Assembly (NCBI RefSeq): GCF_006345805.1
Contig: NC_042999.1
Span: 104,470,001 to 104,534,000 of the forward strand
Direction: 5' to 3'
Length of the DNA: 64,000 bases
Source of the DNA: Octopus sinensis
Taxonomy: Eukaryota
Below the pieces are notes generated by a model. That model saw only the letters and a program-made list of their open reading frames with translations. It was not told the DNA's origin and did no database searches. Position numbers and translations under genes: made by a program. This document shows positions 12,599 to 24,779 of the stretch, piece after piece. Numbering within the stretch: the first letter of the stretch is position 1; the number at the start of each line of letters is the position of its first letter.

Positions 12599-13040
12599 GT
12601 GGAGGCGCAATGGTCCAGTGGTTAGGGCAGCGGACTCACGGTCGTGAGAACGCGGTTTCGATTCCCAGACCGGGCATTGTAAGTGTTTATTGAGCAAAAA
12701 CACCTAAGCTCCACTGTAATCTTTCACCACAATTTTCTCTCACAATTTCTTCCTACTTCTGCCACAAAGCAGAGGAACTATGGTGTAACCCACTATGGTG
12801 TGGTAAACTTTCAGACCCTAGTATACATTGCGAATCCTCTGTACCCCAGGATGGTTCAGCTCTCCACCCGTTAAAAGCCACCATTTACAACGTAGCTTTC
12901 GCGCCCGTGCAACCGCCAGTCTATCGCGTGTGGTGGGTGGATCTTCAAGTTGCCACATGCATTTTTAGTAGCTTAGAGTAGGCTCGAATTAGAGATTATT
13001 CTTTGTGGCTAATGGCGTGAGTCCTGATTGGAAGAAGAAG
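12599..13040 (+). mobile_element. tRNA-derived SINE family B, tail type 2
   Basis: A box tggtccagtgg, B box ggtttcgattccc; long tail ending gtcctgattggaagaag; paralogous to 49814-50292. Confidence 0.85.
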
Positions 13041-13239
13041 ACAACAGTGACAGTAACAACAACAACAAAGTGACGCGAGCAACTTCACGAGCTGGCAGTC
13101 TTTTACTGGTGGTGAAATCAACCAAGTACGCATACACTATATCGTGAAACATACCAAAGAAAATGTGGGCAATAAACTTTCAGTAGATTTCTGATCAATT
13201 TGGACCAGTTCAAAAGTTTTTGTTCCGTTTTCTCATGTT

Positions 13240-14055
13240 TTTGAATTCAAATTCTGCCGAGATCGTTTTTACCTATTAATCTATAAAAATCAATAAAATA
13301 AAGTGGTAGTTTAGTATAAGGGTTTATGTAGCCGACGAGCCCACCAGAAATTTCCGGCCTAGTATTATTGTTAGTATTAAGGCAGTGAAAGGCGGCGAGC
13401 TGGCAGAATCGTTAGCACGCCCTGCAGAATGCTCAGCGGCTTTCGCCCGTCTTTACGGTTTGAGTTCAAATTATGCCAAGGTTGACTTTGCCTTTCATAC
13501 TTTCAGAGTCGATAAAATAAGTACCAGCTGAACACTGGCGTCGATGTAATCGACTTATCCTCTCCCCCGAGATTGCTGACTTTGAGTCAAAATTTGAACC
13601 CATTATTAAGGCAGCGATCTGGTAGAATCGTTACTACACCGGACAAAGTGCTTAGTAGCATTTGATCCATCTTTACGTTCAGAGTTCAAATTACACCGAA
13701 CGTCGTCTTTACCTTTCATTCTTTCGGGGCCAATAAATTCAGTACCAGTTGAGTACTAGAATCAATATAATTGATTTCCCTCTCACCCAAAATATCAGAT
13801 CGTGTGTCTGTAGTAGAAAAGAATATTATTAAGATGGTGAGCTGGTAGAATCGTTAGCACACTGGACAAAAAGCTTAGCAGTATTTCATCCATTTTTGCG
13901 TTCTGAGTTCAAATTCCACCAAGGTCGACTTTACCTTTCTTTCTTTCAGGTTCAATACAATAAGTGCCAGTTGAGCAATGTGGTCGATATGACAACTAAC
14001 CTCCTCCTCCAAAATTGCTAGCCTTGTGCCTATAGTAGCAAAGATTATTGCTATT
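13240..14055 (+). mobile_element. Head-to-tail array of about four SINE family A copies
   Basis: Heads at 13388, 13608 and 13831; the latter two begin directly after the attatt tail of the previous copy; partial copy from ~13240. Confidence 0.8.
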
Positions 14056-14461
14056 ATTTTAGTGCCATAGCAAAACAAAAATCGTTAAATAAAAAGTAAA
14101 ACAAATAGAAAGTGAACAACTTCCACCACAGAATAACACAACTCTAAAGATACAAACACGCACATATTCACACAAACACGAAGTCACACATGTGCTCACA
14201 CACACATGACATATACATACACACACAACAACCTTTAACTTACAAAATCCTATATAATCACTAAGTGGAGGATATGCATTTTTTTCTCAAATTGATATTG
14301 TTCAACCGGGCATACAGATTAAAGCAAGACGATTATTTCTTGTCTGAATTTTTTTTTTGTTTTTCTTCACTGCTGACGTTAATATATGAGGAATCTAAAG
14401 TTTGATCGGTCACGTTCCATTTCAATCAACTTATCCACGGTTTCATATTTATTCAATGTGG

Positions 14462-14797
14462 ACGTAGATGGTGGTTAAGTGGTTAAGAATCTTATTTCCC
14501 AATCAGAAGTTCTCAGGTTCGGTCTTACTGCGTGGTAATTTAATTAGGTGTCGTTTTGCCTTAGCCTCGAGTCCATTCAAGCCTTGTGAGTGATACCGAG
14601 TCGAGGAGACTGCATGAAAGCTCGTCCGATGTATTGTATAAGTAATTCATGCATTGTGTTTCACTTATTCAACCTGAGATCTACGTTAAGGCTGCACGTG
14701 TCTGTGAAACGATCAGCTACTTGCTGGTTAATCTAACGAGTAATTTATTCAAACGATCCCCAACTGAATACTCATCGTCGAAACCGACAGAAGACCT
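14462..14797 (+). mobile_element. Degenerate chimeric SINE (family C-like head, family D-like tail)
   Basis: agccttgtgagtga (C body) followed by ctacgttaaggctgcacgtgtctgtg...catcgtcgaaaccgac (D tail as at 32250-32340). Confidence 0.5.
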
Positions 14798-15574
14798 ATC
14801 AGCATAATTTATATATTACTATCTGTCTGCCCTTTAGTTTAATGAAAAAAATAAAAATGCTGGCAGAAGGAATTAATTTACGAAGTGAGAACTTTGGTAA
14901 GATCACATGAGCGTCGGATTAAATACTTTTAAGTTCTAAGTTCAAATCGTAGCATGGACAATTTTGCTTTTCATGCTTTCGAAGTCGAAATACATGAGGG
15001 TAAAATTCATGGACGGCAGTACACCAATAAGCAAATCCACCTACAAGCAACTGACTAATTAATACAGTCATCGAAAATAATTAGCCTCATATACACAATA
15101 CGATTTTAAAAGCTTAAATTCTATTGTTATTTGAACATTTGATTTTTTTTATAAGCCCTTTAAAATATGGTGTTTCTGATTTTGAATCAGTAGTCAAAAG
15201 TCTTACTTGAAGAGACAAAAATATCGCGACTGTGCTGTGAGAATAAAACCTAACGAGTTTATTATTCTATTTATACGTGTCTTTCCTCATCTTGCATATA
15301 ATAAAACGCAATATGTGACCTGTCGATCACGCTCGTAGAGGGAAACTAAAAGCACAAACGGAGTGGGGCTGAGTGACAGTCAGAAACGCCAAATGCAGCC
15401 GAACTGCTGTAGTGAGAGATTTTACTTTGAAGTCTCTGAGCAAATGTCTAACGTAAACAATACATACTTTAATAATTTCCCATCAACACATTAGTTTTCA
15501 AAATATCGTTCACGTAACGCACATACACACACACAAACTCACATACACAAACTCACATACACATACTCACATAC

Positions 15575-15792
15575 ACGTATGTATGTATGTATGTATGTAT
15601 GTATGTATGTATGTATGTATGTATGTATGTATGTATGTCATTATTAAGTTTTATTTCAAGAGTTCTCGCCAATAGAGAATGGGCTGGTTTCTAACCTAGA
15701 TCCAAGAGTCCTTCATTGGAATTGCAACATCAACAGGGTATTTTTGTATGTATGTATGTATGTATGTATGTATGTATGTATGTATGTATGTA
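15575..15792. repeat. Two (GTAT)n microsatellites
   Basis: 15575-15638 and 15745-15792. Confidence 0.93.
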
Positions 15793-16487
15793 TACGTGCA
15801 GATTTGTCTTCTCATGCATATACTTGTGTATCTAGACATACTTATATATACTTAAATGATAAACCTCTGGAAAGTTTTACTATGTATGTATGTATATTCT
15901 TTAATTTTTTTCTGTCTCTCATTTCAGTCCGCTTTTCCATGCTTGCCTCTCCTGACACTAATCCGCATTTCTTTTTCTAAGAAAAGAATAACACTTTCAT
16001 GCTCACACATTCACATACACACATCTGCATATGTATTCACATACATCGTTGTTTTACTGTCTCCTTGCCTTATCATTGGGCAGTAGGTGCAAGCGCGTGT
16101 CACTGTCATACAAGAATGGTTCCTTTTTCCAATCTTCCACATAATCTGTGCAAGATCCGTCTGATCCAAGTAGGCATGGAAAAGTAGAGATTCCATAGAT
16201 ACATATACAATATATCTGATTGTTTAAGTACTTCAGTTCAGTGTATCTACATATTCCTTCTCAATTGATGACATTTATCAAAAGTATCTACAATTGTTTT
16301 GATGTGCCATTTTCTACCATTTATAAAACTGTCGGGATTTTTGACGACACGGGTATTACAGTTATAGCATGTTTTTTTAAATAATTTCAAAGTTTTATCA
16401 ATATTTTCATACTTTTAATATACATTTTTTTTGGTGATAAATATTCACTTTATATTTTAAAATCATTATTGAATTCTTTATATCAGC

Positions 16488-16610
16488 GGGCAATTTGCCA
16501 TCGGTGAATGTGCCAATCATTCAATTACTTGTAGATGGGTATGCTAATTGGTGAATTGTAGGTCGGTAATTCAGCATCGGTGAATTGCTGTCTGTGAATT
16601 TTCAGGTACC
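16488..16610. mobile_element. Probable DNA-element terminus with repeated (c)ggtgaat(t)g motifs
   Basis: Motif ggtgaattg/ggtgaatgt/ggtaattc repeated about 5 times; resembles subterminal repeats. Confidence 0.35.
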
Positions 16611-16909
16611 TAATGAAATCATCTCCGGCTTCCTTCAGGGTACATACGCAGGAAGTTTGAAAGTTGGAAAATATTTTTTTAGTCTATTGTAAGATAAGAA
16701 GGCAGCTATTTTCCTGGCTTTAGGATCGGGATTTCTTTCCCTAGTTATCTTCTGTTTGTTTTGTTTCGATATGTGACACACAAACACGCACACACACACG
16801 TGCGTGGTCGTATGACACTCTCTTACACACCTACTTATATATACTTTCATACTGCAAAAATTAAACGAGAGATAATGGGTAGAACGAAAGAGTGATTGAA
16901 AGCAAAAAG

Positions 16910-16944
<35 letters not shown>

Positions 16945-17700
16945 GGGGAAGCGAAACAGAGAAGGAAAGAAAATGTTTCGGAAATTCCTAAAATTCCGGA
17001 AGGTTTCCAAGACATTTTTCAGGAAAAAGTCTTTGGAAAAAATTTAATCATATTTTGGATGTAACGGAGTTATAATAGACGGAGTGTCTCCGGATTGGCA
17101 TTAAAGTTTAAACCTGATTTTTGCAAGTTCCATAGAATTATATTCTCTTCTGCGATATGGAATGTGCAATGTGCATGTCTTCGTTGCATTTATAGATGCA
17201 ACTTTCTTTCAGCTGACGTCAAACTGCCATACATACCTTTCTAATTTTGTTGGATTTGATGTTTCTAGATAAGGCAGTGCATTTGCAAAATCCTTACTCT
17301 AAGAGCTTATCGGTCAATCCGATAAACTATATTAATTTAGTGTTGTGGTTCTCATCTATAGATTTGATCCTTTGGAGGTTAATGTTTGTGCTGAATTTTT
17401 TCCTTCTTTCTCCTCTCTTTTTTTCTCTCGCTCCTATCACAGTCTTCCTCTATCTCCGAATGAGTTCTTGAGGAGTGTTAGAGAAAGCGAATAAGGTGAT
17501 AGAAAGATGCTAGGAGAACAGCACCGTCTCTTAAGATACAATAAATTAAAAAAGCAATAAACTTTTAAAACTTGAAACCTTCCACGACTCCCAGTAAATG
17601 TAACAGTTGTTTTGAATGATCCTGGCCTGAAATGGGTAGGTTTGACGAATAACAAAAGTATACTATTAATTACCCTTTTGTCCTAGAAAATTGATATATT

Positions 17701-17701
17701 T

Positions 17702-17790
<89 letters not shown>

Positions 17791-17796
17791 ATTTAC

Positions 17797-17885
<89 letters not shown>

Positions 17886-17887
17886 AG

Positions 17888-17983
<96 letters not shown>

Positions 17984-18012
17984 CCTGTCTATCTGTCTGT
18001 CTATATGTCTGT
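17701..18012. repeat. (TCTA)n/(TCTG)n microsatellite
   Basis: Direct reading. Confidence 0.96.
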
Positions 18013-20808
18013 CTGTCTACATGCATACATATACATAGAAATCAGAAGTATTTACACGTTAGCATTCATGCATATTTCGATTTATTTAATACTCATTCAT
18101 TCACCAGCGCAAGTTCCTTATTTGTGACAGAAAGGATCCATTGATTTCTAAAATCTAAGGAAATATGTGAATCTAACGAATTATTATGATTGGAGTTGAG
18201 TTGGTAGAAATGGTAGTTTCTCCTCATCCCTTTACATTCCATGTTCCAATATGAATGAAGTAGATTTTCTGTAAGTAGGTTTTCGCAAAATTAATCGATT
18301 ATGTAAGTACCAGGTGATGACTACATTTCTAGTTTATGATATTTTAATGGCCGATATTAGGAATTACTTTTAATGAGGTAGACATGGATGTTGTCATGGT
18401 TTATGCAGAACTATGTTATATGATTAGTGTTTTAGAGCGTATTGTTTTCAAATTTTACCTACACGAGAATTCTGCTCATAGATCTGGGTCATTGCATTGC
18501 CCTAACAGACACTCGGATACACAATCTGTATTACTTCAAGCAAGCCTTCTCCTATCTCCCATTAAAAAGAGGCAGATGTTCTCCAGACATTAAGTCTCTA
18601 CCTCTTCCGAACAAGCCAAACATCCTTTGTTCCCTAAACTTTCTCCTTCAGCAGCTCTAGGCAGCCTCTTTGTGATCGGTAGTCATGCTAGAAATAGCAG
18701 ACAAATCTCCTTCAAACCACATCCCATATCTTATAAATTAAAGGGCACTGGTGGGTAATCTGTAAATATGTTTGCTTGTTCATGGCTGACTTGTGGATAA
18801 ATAGCAAACTCGTTTAGCATAATTTTCCTTTTAATCAACCTCATTTTGTCGCTTTTCCAAGACTTTTAGCTTAACAATCTTTTGCCTTATTTATTTCTAC
18901 ACGGAGCTGTCATTCTAGAACCTTCACAAAACCAACGCTTTCTTTTCATTTAATAACGATTTATTAACATAGCAATATTCAAATTGAATATCAACACACA
19001 CAAACTTTACCTATCAACAGGTTTCTTTAACATAGAAGACAATGAAATATTAATGCTTACTGTCTCTCTTCTTCTGACTAAGAGATAAGAAATAGCTTTG
19101 TAATTTCTTTCAGACGTCACTCGTTATATAATTTATTATATTCTCAATTTCTTTATTCATTAATATTCTGTTTTCACCGTCTCGATCTGTTATTACAGTT
19201 TCTCAATATTCTTTTCCTAGTTTAATACCTTTTGTCTTGTTGATATCTTACTTGACATTATCATATGACCTATCTCATAGGTCGTAGACATATTATATCG
19301 AATCCTGCACTGAGACTCTTCTCATTGATTTGAAATAAAATCGAAAATGTGTTTCGTCTGTCCTACAAATCAATAATTAATTTGACCACTGCACGAACCA
19401 CTGAAGACGTAATATCTAATTAATTTGGGAACCTACAAGAGATAAGAAAATCAATGAGATTGGATTGTATCGGTTGAAATGAGATAAGAGTACACAAGAA
19501 AAAGTTTGTTCGAATAAAACGAATATTAAAACGACTAAATACTTGTTTTGTGAAGGAGAGCACATAACAGATAACTGATTACGGAGGATCACTGTTAGGT
19601 ACTTTATCATCAAACAGAAGGGTGAAAGCAGTAAAAACTATGTTATGGTATGGTCTGAACTCAGTAAGGTTCAATAAGGTTAGATAACGAATCTGAAACA
19701 GTAGAGTATTAGGATGTGCACTTTTATCCTTACTGATCTATATTATTGCACATATGTTGGTATAAATTTCTTTCTGTTGAACGTAGTACTTGTTTACTCG
19801 ATACAATATGCAGATATAAAGTTATAACTGTATGTGATCAGGGAACATTCAACTCGGAGGATCCAATTCTTCATTAATCAATCCAGTAACCTCTTCTGTC
19901 AGACATTGCTATCATGTTTTTGAAGACCAATTATAATTGCCTTCAATTTCACCAAAACCTGAAATGCAGAATATTATATCACCAAACGAAAGTAAGCATA
20001 TAGACTGCAAGAAGATAACAGGTTATTTTCTTTCATTCAAGAACAAATTGTAATTTAACTGTTCCATGTATGGTGGTGAAATAATTGAAGAATGAGCTAG
20101 GAACAAACGATAGCACCTTGTGTAAATGTGGGTGCACCACTTGTTAAAATTAGTAACTGAATTCCTTCAAATCATGTCCTGTCTAAAATAATAAAATGGG
20201 TCATGTAGTCTTTGATATATGTCAGAACACTTTTAGTCATAGTTCTGATATGAAGCTAAAGATAAAAAGTAATCGTTTTCTTCTTTATTGTTGAGCTAAG
20301 AATATATATCACCAGATATAGGCGAAAATCTAACTCGTTAAAGTAGATGACGCTTGTTTTTAAACAGAGCATTTTAATCTTCAAATAACTCCTTACGTCT
20401 TAAAAATGAAAGCTCATTAGATAATGTAGTCCTAAATACACCTTACCTGAAGAAAAAAAACTGAACGATCACTGATGGAAAGCCTTTAATTATAGATTTG
20501 TTCTGCTCCATTTGATTTAATCACGAGCTGAACAAATTGTCGACTGATATTAAGGTACTGGATTTCTTTTTTAAGATTTGTGAGAGCAAATTTGTTGCAG
20601 CCATTTTTCATGTGATGCTGGTTAGGATAATTAGTGTTACATTGCTCTTCAGATCTAATAATACGGAAATGTCTGTGTATGAGTTTGTGTGTATGTGTAT
20701 GTGTGTGTGTGTGTGTGTGTGTGCGTGTGTGTGCGTGCGGACGAGCGGGTCCGGAAAAGGGCGAACAATCGAGCGGGTTTAACTGCTAAGGTAATGGAAA
20801 TTGCCGAA

Positions 20809-20820
20809 ACTGACGTCAGT
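20809..20820. promoter_or_regulatory. Perfect 12-bp palindrome containing a full CRE (TGACGTCA)
   Basis: ACTGACGTCAGT in a CpG-rich patch with CCGGAA at 20751; function untested. Confidence 0.25.
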
Positions 20821-20884
20821 ATCAAGAATTCTCGATCGGCATTTTTCGGATAATTATGTTTCCTTATAGTGTGCATGTTTTCAT

Positions 20885-21659
20885 TCATGTGCGTAACTAC
20901 AGTTTTAGAGCGTTTTAGCTCTTATTTCTAGCAATGTAGGTGTCTCCTAACACCCTAGTCACATTTAGCGACAATTATAATTCTCCTTTTTGGTGAAACA
21001 TTGCAAACTTCTGTTTATATGATATATATATACATATATATATATAAAGTACTGTTCCGTAGTGAAAAGATTAACAAATAAAAATAATCCATCTGGTAGG
21101 AGATAAATATTAATTAATAAACACAACGTATTTTTATATAAAAATATATAAAAATATATAAAGAGAGAGAGAGAGAGAGAGGTAGGTAGGTAGATAGGGA
21201 GAGGTGGATAGTTAGATAGATAGATTAATTGATTGATTGATAGGTAGATAGATAGATATTGATATATATGTGTGTGTATAGCAAAAGGCAATTTGTATAT
21301 ACAGCTTAACGTAGGTGGTGTGTTAGAGCACTGAATACTGCGCCATTTGCATTGAAGGGACCTCTCATTTAGATGCTTAGTGCATAAATGCTCTTATATT
21401 TATATCATTGGCAGATTATTCTCTTCCGCTACGGGACCTGAAACTGCCAGATCGCGAGATTTCATCCTGCTCAGGTTCTTCAGTGGCAGACTTCTGGTAG
21501 CGACAGCCGAATCTCACAGTCAGTAATATATAGAATATGCAATGTTTCACCAAAAAGGAGAACTATAATGGTTACTAAATGTGACTAGGGTGTTAAGAAA
21601 CAGTTACATTACTACAAATAAGAGCTAAAATGCTCTAACGCTGTTGTTAACGCGCACAT
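20885..21659. repeat. About 130-bp inverted repeat pair with about 500-bp spacer
   Basis: 20885-21020 aligns to the reverse complement of 21525-21659 (ttagagc.ttttagctcttattt...ctaacaccctagtcacatttag...ttctcctttttggtgaaacattgca). Confidence 0.85.
21436..21498 (-). ncRNA. Type I hammerhead ribozyme (predicted)
   Basis: Minus strand: CUGCCA-CUGAAGA-ACCUGAGCAGGAU-GAAA-UC[UCGC]GA-UC-UGGCAG; 6-bp stem I extended by GAAG/UUUC and ACC/GGU; predicted cut after AUC between 21450 and 21449. Confidence 0.78.
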
Positions 21660-23844
21660 GTGTGTATATATGCGTGTGTGTGCGTGAGTGTCTGCGTATG
21701 TGTGCGTGAATGTACGTGTGTGTATGAATGTATCTATGTTTAATAATACAGGTGCATAAGACGGATAAAGTTGTAATATATGTGAAGTATACAGCGTCTG
21801 CTGGAATCTGTAGAGATGTCATAACTACAATTCATGCATATAGTGTGAAGAAAAGTACTTATGGTCAAGTGTTTCGAAACTTACAATTTCTTTAGTTAGG
21901 TTTATAAATTTACATTTGTATCTATAATAATTTGTCCAACTGATGTAATGCTAGCAGGTCTGTAAATTATAGTCTTGAAAAACTAGGGATTTCAGGCAAA
22001 ATAAAAGAGATCTCAAAGTCATATTCCGCAAATTTGTAAGAGGAATAGTAAAAGTTTACAAATTTTTTCTAAAATTCAGTTTCTAAATGGTTATAGTTAT
22101 TGTTGTCTAAATTCTAGCTTTGTGTCTTTTTGATGTGGATTCCTGTTTTATAAGTAGATGCCAAAATATTTTAAAATATACGAATACATACATATATAAA
22201 TGCATACATACCGAGGAAGAGCATGGCTAAATAATTCATATGTTATACATGATCATCGTATGGATACAAGAAAAAATGTGTAAGATATTCTTAAAATCTG
22301 AAGGGTGGAGGATAATTGTTCAAAAACGAAAAAAAAAAAAAAAGACAACCATTTTTTTTACTTAAACATCTTTCCTTTAAAATATTCATATTATTGAATA
22401 GCGACAATTCATATTATTGAATAGTTTTATAAAATGAAACAACGATGTTTTCCAGAATCATACTTTTATTTCATGAACATCTGAAAAATATTTTGTTAAT
22501 TAAAAGACCGTATATATATATTTACCCATTTTAATTCTTTTAAGCCTTTATTGTTTACATCCACATTGTCTTGGGTTCCCATATTTCCTGAGCGACTCAC
22601 GATACGTAAAAAGAGATAATTCTTCAGTTTACATGGTGACCTTCTTTCAACTATTGTTGTTTGGAAAACACAAAAAAGCGTAACATGAAATTCTCCACCT
22701 CCACGTAAGTGGAAGATTTAAATGCATGACATAACAACACAACAATTTTGATAATCCAGAAAATACTGATGGAGCAGCACTATCAGCTGTACGAATCATT
22801 CTTTAACCTCAAATCTGCTACAATAGAGCACACATAAGTTAAAAAGATGTCCTGCTATGGCTTCCGTCTCGTTTTTTAACATACCGTATCTAGGTCTAGT
22901 TCATCCTTCATATGTTAATTCTTTTTAAGCGGATAGGCTGTGATTTAGGGGAAATATCTGTCATGGGTTGAGAACTACACAGAGACCCTCTCGCAGACTA
23001 GTTTTTGTTGTCAAACTGCAGGTGATACCTCGAAAAACGTTCCAGTGGAGACCAAACTTTGTGGAGAAGAGTGTATTTATGAAGACAGCGTGTGATTTGA
23101 TAGCAGCATCGCAGCCAATTTGAACGATCACTTAAAGACATGAAGCTGTGTGAGAAGTATTATAATCTGTATAGGCATCAGTGGATTAGCTAGAACTGAC
23201 ATCTATTTACATGAGTAGAGTAATTAATAACACACTATCTCGAGACTGTCCATAATATCGAATAAATCACAATTACTAGATTTACTACGGATCTGGACAA
23301 TTATCTAAATTAATGCTAGTTAATTCAGCGGAGAATTTGCTTCATCTAATTTCAGAGTGCTCTTCTGAGTGCAACGAAAATATCTTTTAAAACAACGACA
23401 TCGATATAACGGATTCATTTATATATAATGATTCCATGAGGACACATATAACCGATGCACTCCGCGTACATTTACTGTCATTTGCACGTGCGGACTGTCA
23501 TGGTTTAACGAACAGGTCCAGTTAACTTTACTACGTAGTTAGGTACACTCTACCTAGCTGTTGTTTTGTGAGGATAAAAAAATAGCTGTTTTTTGAGGAG
23601 TACTTTCTAAGAAGAGCCATTACTGAATGCAAAACTTTCTAAAGTAGGGGAGCTTGTACGCAATCACTGAACTGGTTTGAAATAGCAGTCAAATGTTTTT
23701 CATATTATATTTATCATAAAAAGGACACATTAGATTACGAAGTCTTGATTATCAAAAAAACAACAAAAAAAAACAACAAACAAACAATAAAAAGAAACAA
23801 ATAAACAAAAATAAATAAATAAACTATGAAATGTTCAAGAATGA

Positions 23845-23929
<85 letters not shown>

Positions 23930-23930
23930 T

Positions 23931-24221
23931 GTGGAGGCGCAATGGCCTAGTAGTTAGGGCAGCGGACTCGCGGTTTCGATTCCCAGACCGGGCGTTGTGA
24001 GTGTTTATTGAGCGAAAACACCTAAAAGCTCCACGAGGCTCCGGCAGGGGGTGGTGATCCCTGCTGTACTCTTTCACCACTCTTTCTCCCACTCTTTCTT
24101 CTGTTGGCCTGCTCGCTTAGCCAGCGGGGTGGCGTCATTCGAAGGCTAAAACAATGCGAACGCATTGTGACCAGCGATGTGTAACAACATCTGATGGTCT
24201 GGTCGGTCACGTGATCACGTG

Positions 24222-24222
<1 letters not shown>
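23931..24222 (+). mobile_element. tRNA-derived SINE family B, tail type 1, in (TA)n
   Basis: gtggaggcgcaatggcctagtagttaggg head; ends tcacgtgatcacgtga; (TA)n on both sides; paralogous to 32487-32787. Confidence 0.9.
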
Positions 24223-24252
<30 letters not shown>

Positions 24253-24486
24253 CGTGTGTGTGTGAGTCTGTGTTTGTCCCCTATCACTGCTTAAAAACCG
24301 GTGTACACACACGCACACATATACACACATGTTTCAGAATTGTAAGGTGCTCGTTTGTTTTCATTTGTAGGTCAATGGTTCTGGTTGGATGCTCACAGTT
24401 GGTCAGTTAATTCCACATAACCTCTCTTCTTTCTCGTCTTCTCTCTATATTTGGCATTGTATACTGTGTGATCCAGAAGACGATCC

Positions 24487-24673
24487 CAAGGAATTGAAAC
24501 AACCAAAGCAGATGTGACAGTAGTCGTAGTAGTTGCAGTTGTAGTATTAGCAGCGGTTGTAGTTATAGTAGTAGTAGTAGTAGTAGTAGTAGTACTACTA
24601 CTACTACTACTACTACTACTACCGCTGCCATTGCTACTGTCACATCTGCCTCTTTGGTAGCTTCATTTCCTTG
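24487..24673. repeat. Fold-back palindrome centred on a (TAG)n/(CTA)n junction
   Basis: Perfect 56-bp palindrome 24566-24621; flanking inverted blocks gcagcgg/ccgctgc, gcagatgtgacagtag/ctactgtcacatctgc, caaggaattgaaac/cttcatttccttg. Confidence 0.88.
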
Positions 24674-24779
24674 AAATCATTTACTAACTCACAGTCTGCG
24701 ATACCAAAAGCAGAGAGAAGGAAAGAAAGAAGGACTACACGAAAAAGCTCAGAAACTAAATGCATTAGAATCGTGTTAG

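Noticed and set aside
12599-12670. tRNA-like sequences at SINE heads
   Set aside because: A and B boxes are present but there is no closed cloverleaf, and they continue into SINE bodies
17235-17300. Possible minus-strand exon (DFANALPYLETSNPTKLE, AG|GTATGT donor)
   Set aside because: Weak acceptor, no recognisable homology, no partner exons
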